From: Cyanidioschyzon merolae
Taxonomy: Eukaryota
Direction: 5' to 3' (one strand)
NCBI GenBank assembly: GCA_000091205.1
Contig: AP006492.2
Length of the DNA stretch: 64,000 nucleotides
Shown: positions 55,062-64,000 of the stretch, piece after piece
Numbering within the stretch: position 1 is the first letter of the stretch
How the letters are laid out: each line of letters opens with the position of its first letter
Position numbers and translations under genes: made by a program
Notes under the pieces: generated by a model
The model's database searches: none
Told to the model about the DNA's origin: nothing
The model's input: the letters and a program-made list of their open reading frames with translations, nothing else

Positions 55062-55697
55062 TCAGACGAATATCGAACAGGTCCACGAACAAGGACGTAT
55101 GCGCTGAAGTTTGGGTTTCTTGGGACTGTCGTCAGCACCAGCCTTTGTGCGCTTTTTTTTTGCGACAGCTGCCTTCCCTCGTACGTCCGGCTTTAAGTAC
55201 GCAGGTTTCTCCGTACCCACCAGCGCCGTTTCCGAAAGTCGAAGGATGTCGATGGCAGCGCTCGGATCCCGAATTCGACACTTCCGGCTGTTTTCGACGT
55301 ATTTCATGCACATACAAAAGTCGTGAACTGTGATTCGCATGCCATTTTCATCTTTGTCGTATATAGCCTTGCTGTGCCCGTCGCAGCTGTGACCATTAAG
55401 GAAGAACAGGTGTTCCCACATATCCATGAATTCTGCATCTCGCGCCATGCCGCGATGCGTGGACCCTGCCTTTACCCCTCGGTTCACGCCCTCGACGGGC
55501 AGAGAAGGCTCGTGGCAAAAGCGGTCGTGCGTGTACGCGCCCGATATTGTGCATGACGATCGGGGGCATCTTCGACGTGATCCCCCGGGCAAGCACTGTG
55601 TTCGCTGCGCGCTCAAGCGCATGCTGCTGCATTTCATACAAGATTTGTGGAATGCAGCACTGCCCATGATGAAACAAGCGCCGAAAGGAAAATCCAC
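55062..55697 (-). pseudogene. TnpB/Fanzor-like C-terminal fragment (relic C): RuvC-II block, degenerate zinc finger, RuvC-III-like motif
   Basis: ...AEFMDMWEHLFFLNGHSCDGHSKAIYDKDENGMRITVHDFCMCMKYVENSRKCRIRDPSAAIDILRL aligns position by position with relic B (VMDISEHPTTPMYHRCEACTQAVYQQDAKSERG...RNRDLNAAINLLRL) and with relic A. Confidence 0.5.
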
Positions 55698-56694
55698 GCG
55701 GGAGAAGAGCTAACCGATACCTGTCCGTCTACGAACCCTTTGTGCCAAGCGATGACGCAATCCCCACTGGAAACGATCGCTAGGATAACTGAAATCCGAG
55801 TCCAGGTCCCTTTTCTATGCAAACAGGAGAGACACAGGCCTGCGCGTGGATGTTGCGTGAAAGCGACATCACGCGTCTGTGGAATGGCGTTTCGTCGATG
55901 ACCAAAAGAAGAACAAGGATTTCTGTTTCGAAGGAAAAAACCCAGTTGACGTGACATTCCCCGTGAACCTGCGGCTTGAGCTCGTGAACAAGTCATCAAA
56001 TGACATTGTCGAATATTTCGTTTCCTCGTCAAGTTTGCCGCGCGAAATGCTGCGCCCACCAGTCACCTTGAAACCGAACCGTCCAAGTCTTGAAGAATGC
56101 GTGACGCGAGCATGCTAAAAATAAGGAAATAAAAAACCTAGAGGCTTCTTTTTATGAACCGAATCATGAAGGCCGTCATTTTACCCACCCCTGTTCGGGA
56201 ACACGAAGCATCACCTTGATTCTGGTGATAGAACGAACACCAGCGAAAAGAAAAGCCCCGAAAGAGCCACTCCGAAAACACGTCCCACAAAGCTACCATG
56301 ACGTATGGATCCGCAAAACCTCATCACGACATCCTAAATAGCCATCCCATACATCTATTGAACCTCGAAAATTCTTGTGGTAGCGAACCCAGCGAGCAGC
56401 TCCATACGCTATGCTCATCGTGTATGCGTGCAGCGATACCGTGCTGGATGCGCTGTCGATGCATCCGATCGGCGATCGCTGCAGGCAACTGCCCGAGGCG
56501 TCATGCATCATGCTAGACGTATCTACCAATATATACCAAAAGCGTACCCCGGGGCTAGCTGCACAACGCGTTGCACACACGCGGGACAGACGGCGCGCAC
56601 GCAGGCCTCGATGGATCGCGAGTCGCGCGTTGCAGCGCAGTTGGACGCAGCGCAGCGCAGCACGCAAGGCACGGGCGAGACAGGGAAACGCACC

Positions 56695-58209
56695 ATGTTG
56701 GATAAGGTAAACTGGTCTGACGTAAAGCGGAAGGGAGTTCGTCAGCGTGGGAAACTCGTTTCCTGGTTGAAAGATGCGGTAATGACTGACGTCGAGAACA
56801 GTGTGCGCGCGGCGACGAGCGTTGAGCCGTACGGGCCCACACAGCGGGAACTGGCGGAAATCGCGAGCGCTACCCACAACGCGGAAGAGTATCCCCTTGT
56901 GATGAGTATCATCTGGTCACGGCTGAACGACAAGGGGCGATACTGGCGGCGGGTATACAAGGCTCTGGACTTGTTGCGGTACCTGCTGCTGCACGGCTCG
57001 CCACGCGTGTTGGAGGAGGCGCGAGCAGCGTTGCCGCACCTCGAGGTTCTGCAAGAGTTTCGTTATTTTGACCAGACGGAGCGGCGGGACTGTGGACTGA
57101 GTGTTCGCCAGAAGGCCAAAGTCGTTGTGGAGATCATACGAGACCCTAGGCGATATGAGGAGGAGCTGCAGCGGAGTCTAACCATGATGCAGAAACTGGG
57201 CGCTTCAGTGGGGTCGACGCCCCTGCACAGCGGTTCAACTGGTGCAGCCCCGGGTGATTTGCCTTTTTACGCAAGCAGATCTGGCGGAAGCCTGGCACGC
57301 GGTCCAGATATGTACACAGGCGCAGCGCGCAGTGCACTGCGGTCTGGTGATGCCTACGCACCGGCGCCCAGCGCCGGCTTTCGTGGTTTCGGCTCCGAGG
57401 AGGTCGACTTTGATAGGGCAGCGACGATAGCCTCAACTTCCGCGTCTACAACAGCTGCTTTCTGTGCCACCAATAGTGCACCAGTCAGAGCCGACACAGG
57501 GCCTAGCGCTACCCGAGTCGATGATTTGCTGGGCTTCGACGACGGCGATGCATCTGAAGCGGCCACCAGCAAAGCATCAAAAGCGGAACTCGAAAGCAAG
57601 GATGATGCGCTTGGAGGTATGAACGCAACGAACGATTGGAGTGACTTTGTGGCGGCCTCGTCGGGCACCGGCGCCAGCGGTCTTGCATCCAAGCCAAGCA
57701 CCGCTGCGATGCCTTCTGCGAGCGGCACGGTTCCAAGCGCCGCATACGCCAGCGATGGTGATGATTTTTTCCAAATGATCCAATCTTCTGTCGTCGTGTC
57801 GCGATCAAAGGCCTCAGACGCATTGCACAGTACCGAAGCGCCGTCGGTTAGCGTACTCCATACCGAAAACCGCGTCGAAGCGCAAGGCATGTACCCGCCA
57901 TCGCTCTCTACGAATGCGCACAGTTCAAAGAAGCTCTCGGAATCGCCTGGAAATAACTTGCTGAGTGATTTGCTCTCAGGAGCAACGCCAGCAACACCAG
58001 CAACGGCAAACTCGGCATCGAGTCGAACACCAAACGCAATGCAGCGTGCGGGGGTGGCGGCTTCGACGGGGCCGCGTGTCCAACCGACAGCGCGAGGCGC
58101 TCTGCGACCGAATTCCAGTGGCCTCGAGGCAGGCCCCTCGGACGATCCGTTTTCAAATCTTCTCGCTGAAATGGCGTTGAAAGACGCAGATACCGTGAAA
58201 AACAAATGA
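56695..58209 (+). CDS. Epsin-like protein (ENTH domain plus long disordered Ser/Ala/Thr-rich tail), about 504 aa from the ENTH-proximal ATG (the ORF is open from 56377)
   Basis: ATSVEPYGPTQRELAEIASATHNAEEYPLVMSIIWSRLNDKGRYWRRVYKALDLLRYLLLHGSPRVLEEARAALPHLEVLQEFRYFDQTERRDCGLSVRQKAKVVVEIIRD aligns with the epsin ENTH domain (ATSNDPWGPSSSLMSEIADLTYNVVAFSEIMSMIWKRLNDHGKNWRHVYKAMTLMEYLIKTGSERVSQQCKENMYAVQTLKDFQYVDRDGKDQGVNVREKAKQLVALLRD). Confidence 0.85.
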   Translation: MLDKVNWSDVKRKGVRQRGKLVSWLKDAVMTDVENSVRAATSVEPYGPTQRELAEIASATHNAEEYPLVMSIIWSRLNDKGRYWRRVYKALDLLRYLLLHGSPRVLEEARAALPHLEVLQEFRYFDQTERRDCGLSVRQKAKVVVEIIRDPRRYEEELQRSLTMMQKLGASVGSTPLHSGSTGAAPGDLPFYASRSGGSLARGPDMYTGAARSALRSGDAYAPAPSAGFRGFGSEEVDFDRAATIASTSASTTAAFCATNSAPVRADTGPSATRVDDLLGFDDGDASEAATSKASKAELESKDDALGGMNATNDWSDFVAASSGTGASGLASKPSTAAMPSASGTVPSAAYASDGDDFFQMIQSSVVVSRSKASDALHSTEAPSVSVLHTENRVEAQGMYPPSLSTNAHSSKKLSESPGNNLLSDLLSGATPATPATANSASSRTPNAMQRAGVAASTGPRVQPTARGALRPNSSGLEAGPSDDPFSNLLAEMALKDADTVKNK

Positions 58210-58455
58210 GATGCGCACAGGTAGGCGAGCAGAGCGCGTCAGAGGCGCAATGAGCGAAGCGATCGCTGAGGCGACGTGTTTGTTCCTCGGCTACGAGCAT
58301 GAAAGCGCTGGCCGTGTGTTGGACGTTCTCGTTCGTTAAAGATGCGGTGATCACGTCCGTCCGTATTCTTGTCGACCGGGTGCGTTGCATGAACACAATG
58401 GTCACCGAGCTGACGCCCGTCCAGACAGCTCCAAGTTGTTCTGTCTCTGCCGGGC

Positions 58456-58525
58456 AGCGGCGGCGGCGGCGGCAGCAGCAGCAGCAGCAGCAGCAGCGGC
58501 AGCAGCAGCAGCAGCAGCAGCAGCG
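58456..58525. repeat. (GCG/GCA)n trinucleotide repeat, about 23 units
   Basis: cggcggcggcggcggcagcagcagcagcagcagcagcggcagcagcagcagcagcagcagc read directly. It gives poly-A, poly-C and poly-L pseudo-ORFs on the two strands. Confidence 0.9.
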
Positions 58526-58759
58526 CATCTAGCGTTGCTTCAAACGCTAGCGATAGGTTCGGCAACTGAAAAGTACCTGGATCGATCCAGGGCGTGTCTC
58601 GTGAGCCATCGAAGCACTGCTATGAGGTTTGAGGTGCACAGAGGCGTAGCTAGGGGCGATCACATCTGGTCATCGTTCTCCGGTAGCGTTAGCGCATCGA
58701 AGGCAAACGTGGCTGCGTTCATCGATCCGAAACTGCAAGAGACGGGACATCTGTTCGGC

Positions 58760-58982
58760 GGCTGGTCGTAGGTGCTGCTCCAAAGCAGGTATTTCACATC
58801 GTTTCTCGCTAAACAAGTCCATTCGCTCCCACACGACACTTGAAAGCGAGCATCACCCACGGACAGGGGCGGCTGGTCGTAGGCGCTGCTCGAAAGCAGG
58901 TATTTCACATCGTTTCTCGCTAAACAAGTACATTCGCTCCCACTCGACACTTGAAAGCGAGCATCACCCACAGACGGGAACA
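58760..58982. repeat. Tandem duplication, about 111-bp unit x 2
   Basis: ggctggtcgtagg(t/c)gctgctc(c/g)aaagcaggtatttcacatcgtttctcgctaaacaagt(c/a)cattcgctccca... occurs at 58760 and again at 58871. Confidence 0.85.
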
Positions 58983-60382
58983 GTGCTGGTCACGATGGAT
59001 GATCGGTTCTGCGCCCAGGTCGAGTCGCCTGGAGCCAGGCGTAGTGCAGCGCCCGGATCCCGTGAACTTTCCCCCGGCAAGGTTGCTCCTCTGGCGTCCG
59101 AGCTCGATCTGCTCGGATGGTGTACTGTTGATCCGCGTAAACGGTGACAATGATCGCTGTTCATGGACATCCAGTGGGTAGCCTCGGAGCCACCGTATTG
59201 ACACATGCTGGAAGACGAATGCCGGTGCGCCCGAACTGGACGCTAGCGAGCCATGCGATGACGGGTTGTGGTGTGCGTTGTGCCCAAAGCGAGTTCGTTA
59301 CTCTCAAGCGTCTTTAGCGGAAACCTAGTCGTGGAAAGACTCGATCGCCTCTAGTCCGATGGGCAAAGTCGCTTCGAAGAACTGGTAGGGACAAAACAGC
59401 GCCGGATCAAGTCGTTTCGTTCAGCGATAGCGGGCGGTTTCAGCTACTCTAGAAACTCCGCGGAGCGTCTGCTGGGTTGCAGGCTTCCGTATGCGTTCAG
59501 CCTTCGTGGTGGTGCGAGCGCGCGGTGCTCGCTGCGCTTGACCATTCGGAAAGCAGTGAAGCACCCAGTGCGTGAGGCAAGTAGGATCCCTTTCCAGTAC
59601 GTGCTGTAGCATAGCTCGATGCACGTTCGGGTTCACTGAATTCGAAATTCGCGGCCCCCGGCTATCGGACCTCATCCATGTACTAGTTGTACCTCATTGG
59701 GCACAGTGTGCTCGAACAGCATCGCACGCCATAGAACAGCACCAAGCCAGCGCCTTCTGCCGGTTGTCACGGTACCGTCCACGCACGCTTCTATGGGCGG
59801 GCAGGTTCAAGTTCCCGCGGCTACCCAGAAGCGATGCGACTGCGGGCGACTGTTCGGGAATCGATGCTGACCGATGCAGTACTCGCGCTGAAGCTCCGTC
59901 TTTGTGCCTGCATCCGCTGGGCGTCCGTTCGCGTGGCGCTTCACAGACTCGATGTTGCAGCGTACTGTGCAGAGCTGTGAGGTCGCCTGCAAATGCATGT
60001 CGCCGCTTCACGAGCCGCTCTGAAGAGTTGAATCACGGGAGCGCACTCCAAAGGTTTCGTATTTCCGTGCTTGCGGTCGCTACGTGAGGCGCCAAGCGGC
60101 CCTTGAAGACCACACATTCAAAGCGTGCCCTACCCGCGACTCTTTCAACTAAGCACAGGCTCTTTGTCGTGTGCACGATACGACGCTCATGGTCTGAATA
60201 TTCAGGGCCCCGCAACAATAACAACGACCAGGTATGATATGATATCCACTTGGCGACCAGCAATCGCAGCCTTCACTTTTCGAAAAAGAAGCGCTTACGC
60301 GTTTCGCATCGCGCACGTGGCGAGGCATTACTTGGATCGCCCAACACCTGGTTTCCATGAAAAGCGCACAGCCAAACACTAT

Positions 60383-60952
60383 TCAGTAATAGGTAGCGTG
60401 TGCCTCCAATGCCGCCCGAAAATATCTATACCCGGATACGAGCGACAGAACCGCAGCAGCATGCAGAAAGCTCACACCGAGATACAGTACGGGTGGCGGA
60501 AGTCCGATGCTGGGTTGCGCCAGCAGCAGCAACATAATACTGCCCATCTGGAACACCGTTTTCAGTTTCCCGTGCTGATTCACGGCGACAACATCCCGTA
60601 GACCTCGAGAGGCCATCCACTCGCGTAACGCTGTGATCGCTATCTCTCGCACAAGAATAACGACGGCCGGCAGTGTGACCCAGAACCGCGCGTAACGCTC
60701 GACAAGTAAGATAAGCATCGTTGCGACGCTGAGTTTATCGGCAACAGGATCCAGGAACGCGCCCCATACGCTCGATACGTTAAGGCGACGAGCGATGTAC
60801 CCATCGAGCCAGTCTGTGAGGGAAACCATGCCGAAAAGCGTCGTGCACACAAGCGCAGCCCAGCGCTGAGAGATGTAGAAGAACACGACTATGGGCGGTA
60901 ACAAAATAAGGCGGGCAAGCGTCAGTGCATTGGGCAAGTTCCAAAAGCTCAT
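60383..60952 (-). CDS. CDP-alcohol phosphatidyltransferase (PGP synthase / cardiolipin synthase-type), core 189 aa from ATG 60952. The ORF is open upstream to 61672, so a longer presequence-bearing form is possible.
   Basis: SFWNLPNALTLARLILLPPIVVFFY...DWLDGYIARRLNVSSVWGAFLDPVADKL is the CDP-OH_P_transf signature D-G-x2-A-R-x8-G-x3-D-x3-D, followed by TM helices. Confidence 0.75.
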   Translation of the reverse strand: MSFWNLPNALTLARLILLPPIVVFFYISQRWAALVCTTLFGMVSLTDWLDGYIARRLNVSSVWGAFLDPVADKLSVATMLILLVERYARFWVTLPAVVILVREIAITALREWMASRGLRDVVAVNQHGKLKTVFQMGSIMLLLLAQPSIGLPPPVLYLGVSFLHAAAVLSLVSGYRYFRAALEAHATYY

Positions 60953-61454
60953 ACTTTGGACAGGTACAGGTTTCGCCTCGTGAGCGTCTGGACCCAAATC
61001 CAAACGATAGCGCTTCTCGGATTCTAGTGGCTTTTTCCGTCGGATCTGTGAGGGCACATCCTCTATGCAGCCGCGAAGGAGCGTCGGTCGTTTAGCGTGG
61101 ACGCACAAACCGCACCTCCGGAGTGAAGCAAACGCACCGTGCCTCTGTGGGGCGCGCTCCGGCGCCAACCTACCGACAGGTGCCACAAATGCCACCAGTT
61201 GCGACAAGTGGGCACCGTACAGGATGCTGCACGGCGTACACCAGAAACCCATGATGCCTATTGATGACTGGAATTCGTAACTGATTTCATGAGTAAAGCC
61301 ACACCCGCGGCACAGCACAGCAGAGCACAGTGCCGCCTTGCAGGGCAATCGCGAACGACGCTCTTCCCACGGGATGCAGTGATCCGGTAGATGCGCCTGC
61401 CGCACTGCGGCTGGACATCGACGGCGTCGGAGGCGGCATTCCTGCAGCAGTTCC

Positions 61455-61670
61455 TTATCCTGTACAAACCTGCATGAAATAGACTCCTGGGATTCGATGC
61501 GCTCCTCAATATTCAGTACAAACCTGCATGAAATAGACTCCTGGGATTCGATGCGCTCCTCAATATTCTGTACAATCCTGCATGAAATAGACTCCTGGGA
61601 TTCGATGCGCTCCTCAATATTCTGTACAATCCTGCATGAAATAGACTCCTGGGATTCGATGCTCTGACGC
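61455..61670. repeat. Tandem repeat, 54-bp unit x 4, in frame with the upstream part of the CDP-alcohol phosphatidyltransferase ORF
   Basis: cctgcatgaaatagactcctgggattcgatgcgctcctcaatattc(a/t)gtacaa(a/t) occurs at about 61469, 61523, 61577 and 61631. It translates on the - strand to (IESQESISCRIVQNIEER)x4. Confidence 0.88.
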
Positions 61671-61986
61671 ATGACGCAATCGCATTCCGCATTCCACTAG
61701 TGCGCGGTTGAGGTGTACCCGTTCGTTACGGACGGTTCCCTGGTCCGTGTGTGTATATGTGCGGAGAGTCTTCGGGTATACTTTTGAGATCGTTCTTGGT
61801 ACTCCAGCGACTGCTCTTGTTCGGAACGACGGCTCTGGCCGCCTGTTGAAACTGAACGCAGCCGACCAGAGCGAGCGCTCCTTCTGCACCACTGGCAGCA
61901 AGCACCGTTCGAGCGCACGGGCTGGCTGCCTCGAAAAGGGCGCTTTCGTGTCGTGTCTCCTTTCGACGAACCAGTGATCCGCATTT

Positions 61987-63648
61987 TTGGACCAGCTGGT
62001 GTCTACCTACGCTGCTTGTAAACCCATGGAGCCGCTTTACGCGCTACAGAAGCTAGGAGAGTTTGGCTCCGCCATGACGGGGTCCCGTATGGACGAGGAT
62101 AAGCAGCTGCTGTTTGTGGGGACGACTGCCTACCCGCTTGACCAGCTGACGCCTGCGCGTCGCACTGCAGGTGCGCGCAAAGGGGAACCCTACACGCTTC
62201 GTGATATTTATGTCGCGCTCCTTTATACGGACGCTTCGCTTCGTGAATATGTGGCATACTGTCAACAAAACGGCGTCAGTCGGTTGATGGAGGCAGAGCG
62301 CAAAGAGCTTGTGAAGTTTATGCTGGGAGAGATCAGCGTCGAGGAGTCCTCGCTCCTTGGTGCGAGTGTCGACTCGGCAGGGAGCACGTTGCGACACGCG
62401 GCCTCCGCGCTGCCGCCAACCACCGCGCCAGCTACAGGCGAAGACGCTGATCAGCTACCCCGGGGAAGTGCCCCCGCTCGGGAAAGCCCAGTACCCAGAG
62501 AGTCTTCTGCGCCTCCGGCAATCGATGGAGATAAGGTGAAACACGAACGAAGCGATTTCAATGGCGAGGCCCCGTTGGCCTCCGCTGCGGATTCCACTTT
62601 CTTAGCGCAATGCCGCGAAATGGAGCGCATCCAACGCACGTGCGATGCGTTCTTCGAACTTGACAAGCGGAAACAGATTAATTTTTTGTCTTTCCCGGTG
62701 ATTGAAGCACTTCGCAAATCTTTGATCGCACCAGCACCAACAGATGAGCAACCACGAGAGTCCGCTGCGACCGCACAGAGCCTCCAAGCCAACGGGTCGA
62801 GCGGCGTGGATATCGCACGTGGTGATCGATACCGCACTGATCCGCTGCGAGCGTATCGAGAAGCCGGTCTCACTGAAATTGAGCGTTTGGAAATCGATCC
62901 CGCTGTCAGTTTGGCTTCCGTGGCAGCCAGTCTTGGCGATGTTGGTACGAGTACCGCAGCTCGGTCCAAAGCGACCGTGGCGCCGCAGCAGGCAGCATCG
63001 GCTGCGACGACGCTAACATCTGCAAGCGAAGTGCACATGCCCGGTATCCCAGCGGGTCAAGGGCAAAACTATGCTCGAAAAGACGCTAGAGCGGCAGGTT
63101 CGGAAAAGCCTCAGACCGGAACTGGGGGCCTCCGAGCGCCAGCAACACCCGGACGCGGTCCAGATCGAGGATCAGCGCCGATCATCATTCTGCCTTCAGG
63201 TCAGCAACCATTGGTTACGATGTTGAACATCAGGGATTTCGTGGAAAAGGGCACATTTAGATCCCAGGAGGAATTGCGGAAACAGGGGATCGTTCAGAAG
63301 CCAGCCAGCCCTGTGGAGATCTATCACCGGGGTCAGTGTTATCTGTTCACCGATCAGCCTGGGCAGCTGCAGCCCAATGAATGGAAGCGCGTGGTCATGG
63401 TTGTCTGTCAGGGAGCACTGTGGCAGTTCAAGGGATGGCCCCTGCCGGGTGATCCGGCGCAGTTGTTTGCCAGAGTCCAGGGCGTCTACTTTTACTACGA
63501 GGATGAAGAGATTCCGCCAACGGTGCGGCAGTGGGCCGTGAAATGCATCCCGATTCGGCGCCACCGGCGTTATACGGACGAGGGCGTCGTCCGCGAGTTT
63601 TGGTCTCTTGTCGAGTTCGCTTGTAGACGGGCCCAGTATGTGTCGTGA
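61987..63648 (+). CDS. CDC73: CDC73/parafibromin (Paf1 complex subunit), 553 aa
   Basis: The C-terminal domain PIIILPSGQQPLVTMLNIRDFVEKGTF...EWKRVVMVVCQGALWQFKGWPLPGDPAQLFARVQGVYFYYEDEEIPPTVRQWAV matches the CDC73 C-domain (PIIIIPSA..SLITMLNAKD...[22 protein letters not shown]...DIFAKIKAFHLKYDE...VQKWDV). The N-terminus MDQLVSTYAAC...LYALQKLGEFGSAMTGSRMDEDKQLLFVGTTAYPLDQLT is CDC73_N-like. Confidence 0.82.
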   Translation: MDQLVSTYAACKPMEPLYALQKLGEFGSAMTGSRMDEDKQLLFVGTTAYPLDQLTPARRTAGARKGEPYTLRDIYVALLYTDASLREYVAYCQQNGVSRLMEAERKELVKFMLGEISVEESSLLGASVDSAGSTLRHAASALPPTTAPATGEDADQLPRGSAPARESPVPRESSAPPAIDGDKVKHERSDFNGEAPLASAADSTFLAQCREMERIQRTCDAFFELDKRKQINFLSFPVIEALRKSLIAPAPTDEQPRESAATAQSLQANGSSGVDIARGDRYRTDPLRAYREAGLTEIERLEIDPAVSLASVAASLGDVGTSTAARSKATVAPQQAASAATTLTSASEVHMPGIPAGQGQNYARKDARAAGSEKPQTGTGGLRAPATPGRGPDRGSAPIIILPSGQQPLVTMLNIRDFVEKGTFRSQEELRKQGIVQKPASPVEIYHRGQCYLFTDQPGQLQPNEWKRVVMVVCQGALWQFKGWPLPGDPAQLFARVQGVYFYYEDEEIPPTVRQWAVKCIPIRRHRRYTDEGVVREFWSLVEFACRRAQYVS

Positions 63649-64000
63649 ACGCGCAAGCCGTTCAAGGAACATTACAGCGCATCACGGTGCTGCGGAGATA
63701 CGCCTGTTGTACGTATTCCCTTTGCGGGTAGCGCATTTTCGTATGCCGCAGTTTGAATACAATGGTTACCAGCAGCCACGACCTAGTCTCTCGCTATAAG
63801 CGCATTGTTCCAGTGAGGCTCCAGCGCTCTGCACGTACCCTCCTTGTATCGTTTCGTTTCCGCGCGCAGTTTCGCGCTACACCTGAGCCACATCCCTGGG
63901 CGTGCAACGTTTGCGTTTGAGTCCCTTCTTGAAGAGACACCGAAACCAACGTCCAGTTACAAATCGTGCTTCGGTCTTCGCTCTGCCTGATTCGTTGGTT

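Overview
This window is GC-rich (about 57-60% by eye), gene-dense eukaryotic nuclear DNA with cytosolic ribosomal-protein genes and almost no introns. Most genes are single uninterrupted ORFs, but the class I histone deacetylase (HDAC) gene has a clear GTAAGT...AG intron of 242 bp. A ferredoxin-type sulfite reductase with a transit-peptide-like N-terminus and a cryptochrome DASH gene suggest a plastid-bearing alga-like organism; I cannot name the species from sequence alone. Confident protein-coding calls: RPL10/uL16, RPL15e, MBF1, a Sec13-like WD40 protein with a long Pro/Gln-rich tail, a TMCO1-like protein, a DUF427 protein, ferredoxin-sulfite reductase, Nob1, RPS9/uS4, PheRS beta, HDAC (two exons), CRY-DASH, a patatin-like phospholipase, epsin (ENTH domain), a CDP-alcohol phosphatidyltransferase and CDC73/parafibromin. 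Structural features: (1) a long imperfect inverted repeat of at least 2.3 kb, with arms at 1..2297 and 16350..18656 that are about 97% identical and carry microsatellites, flanking a 14 kb block of housekeeping genes; (2) several tandem repeat arrays (103 bp x4, 93 bp x4, 54 bp x4, 111 bp x2), trinucleotide repeats and a 12-bp repeat. Most interesting find: three decayed relics of one TnpB/Fanzor-like (RuvC-fold, omega-RNA-guided nuclease) family. The longest sits in a lower-GC island at 33.7-36.9 kb and still carries RuvC-I GVDPG, RuvC-II VDEFRTS and RuvC-III NRDxHAAIKI motifs. It is broken by two in-frame stop codons and one frameshift. Two C-terminal fragments at 24.3-25.0 kb and 55.06-55.7 kb keep the zinc-finger remnant and NRD-x-x-AA-I-x-(I/L) motif (RDLNAAINL, RDPSAAIDI). 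These are candidate remnants of a previously unannotated eukaryotic RNA-guided nuclease and transposon family in this genome.
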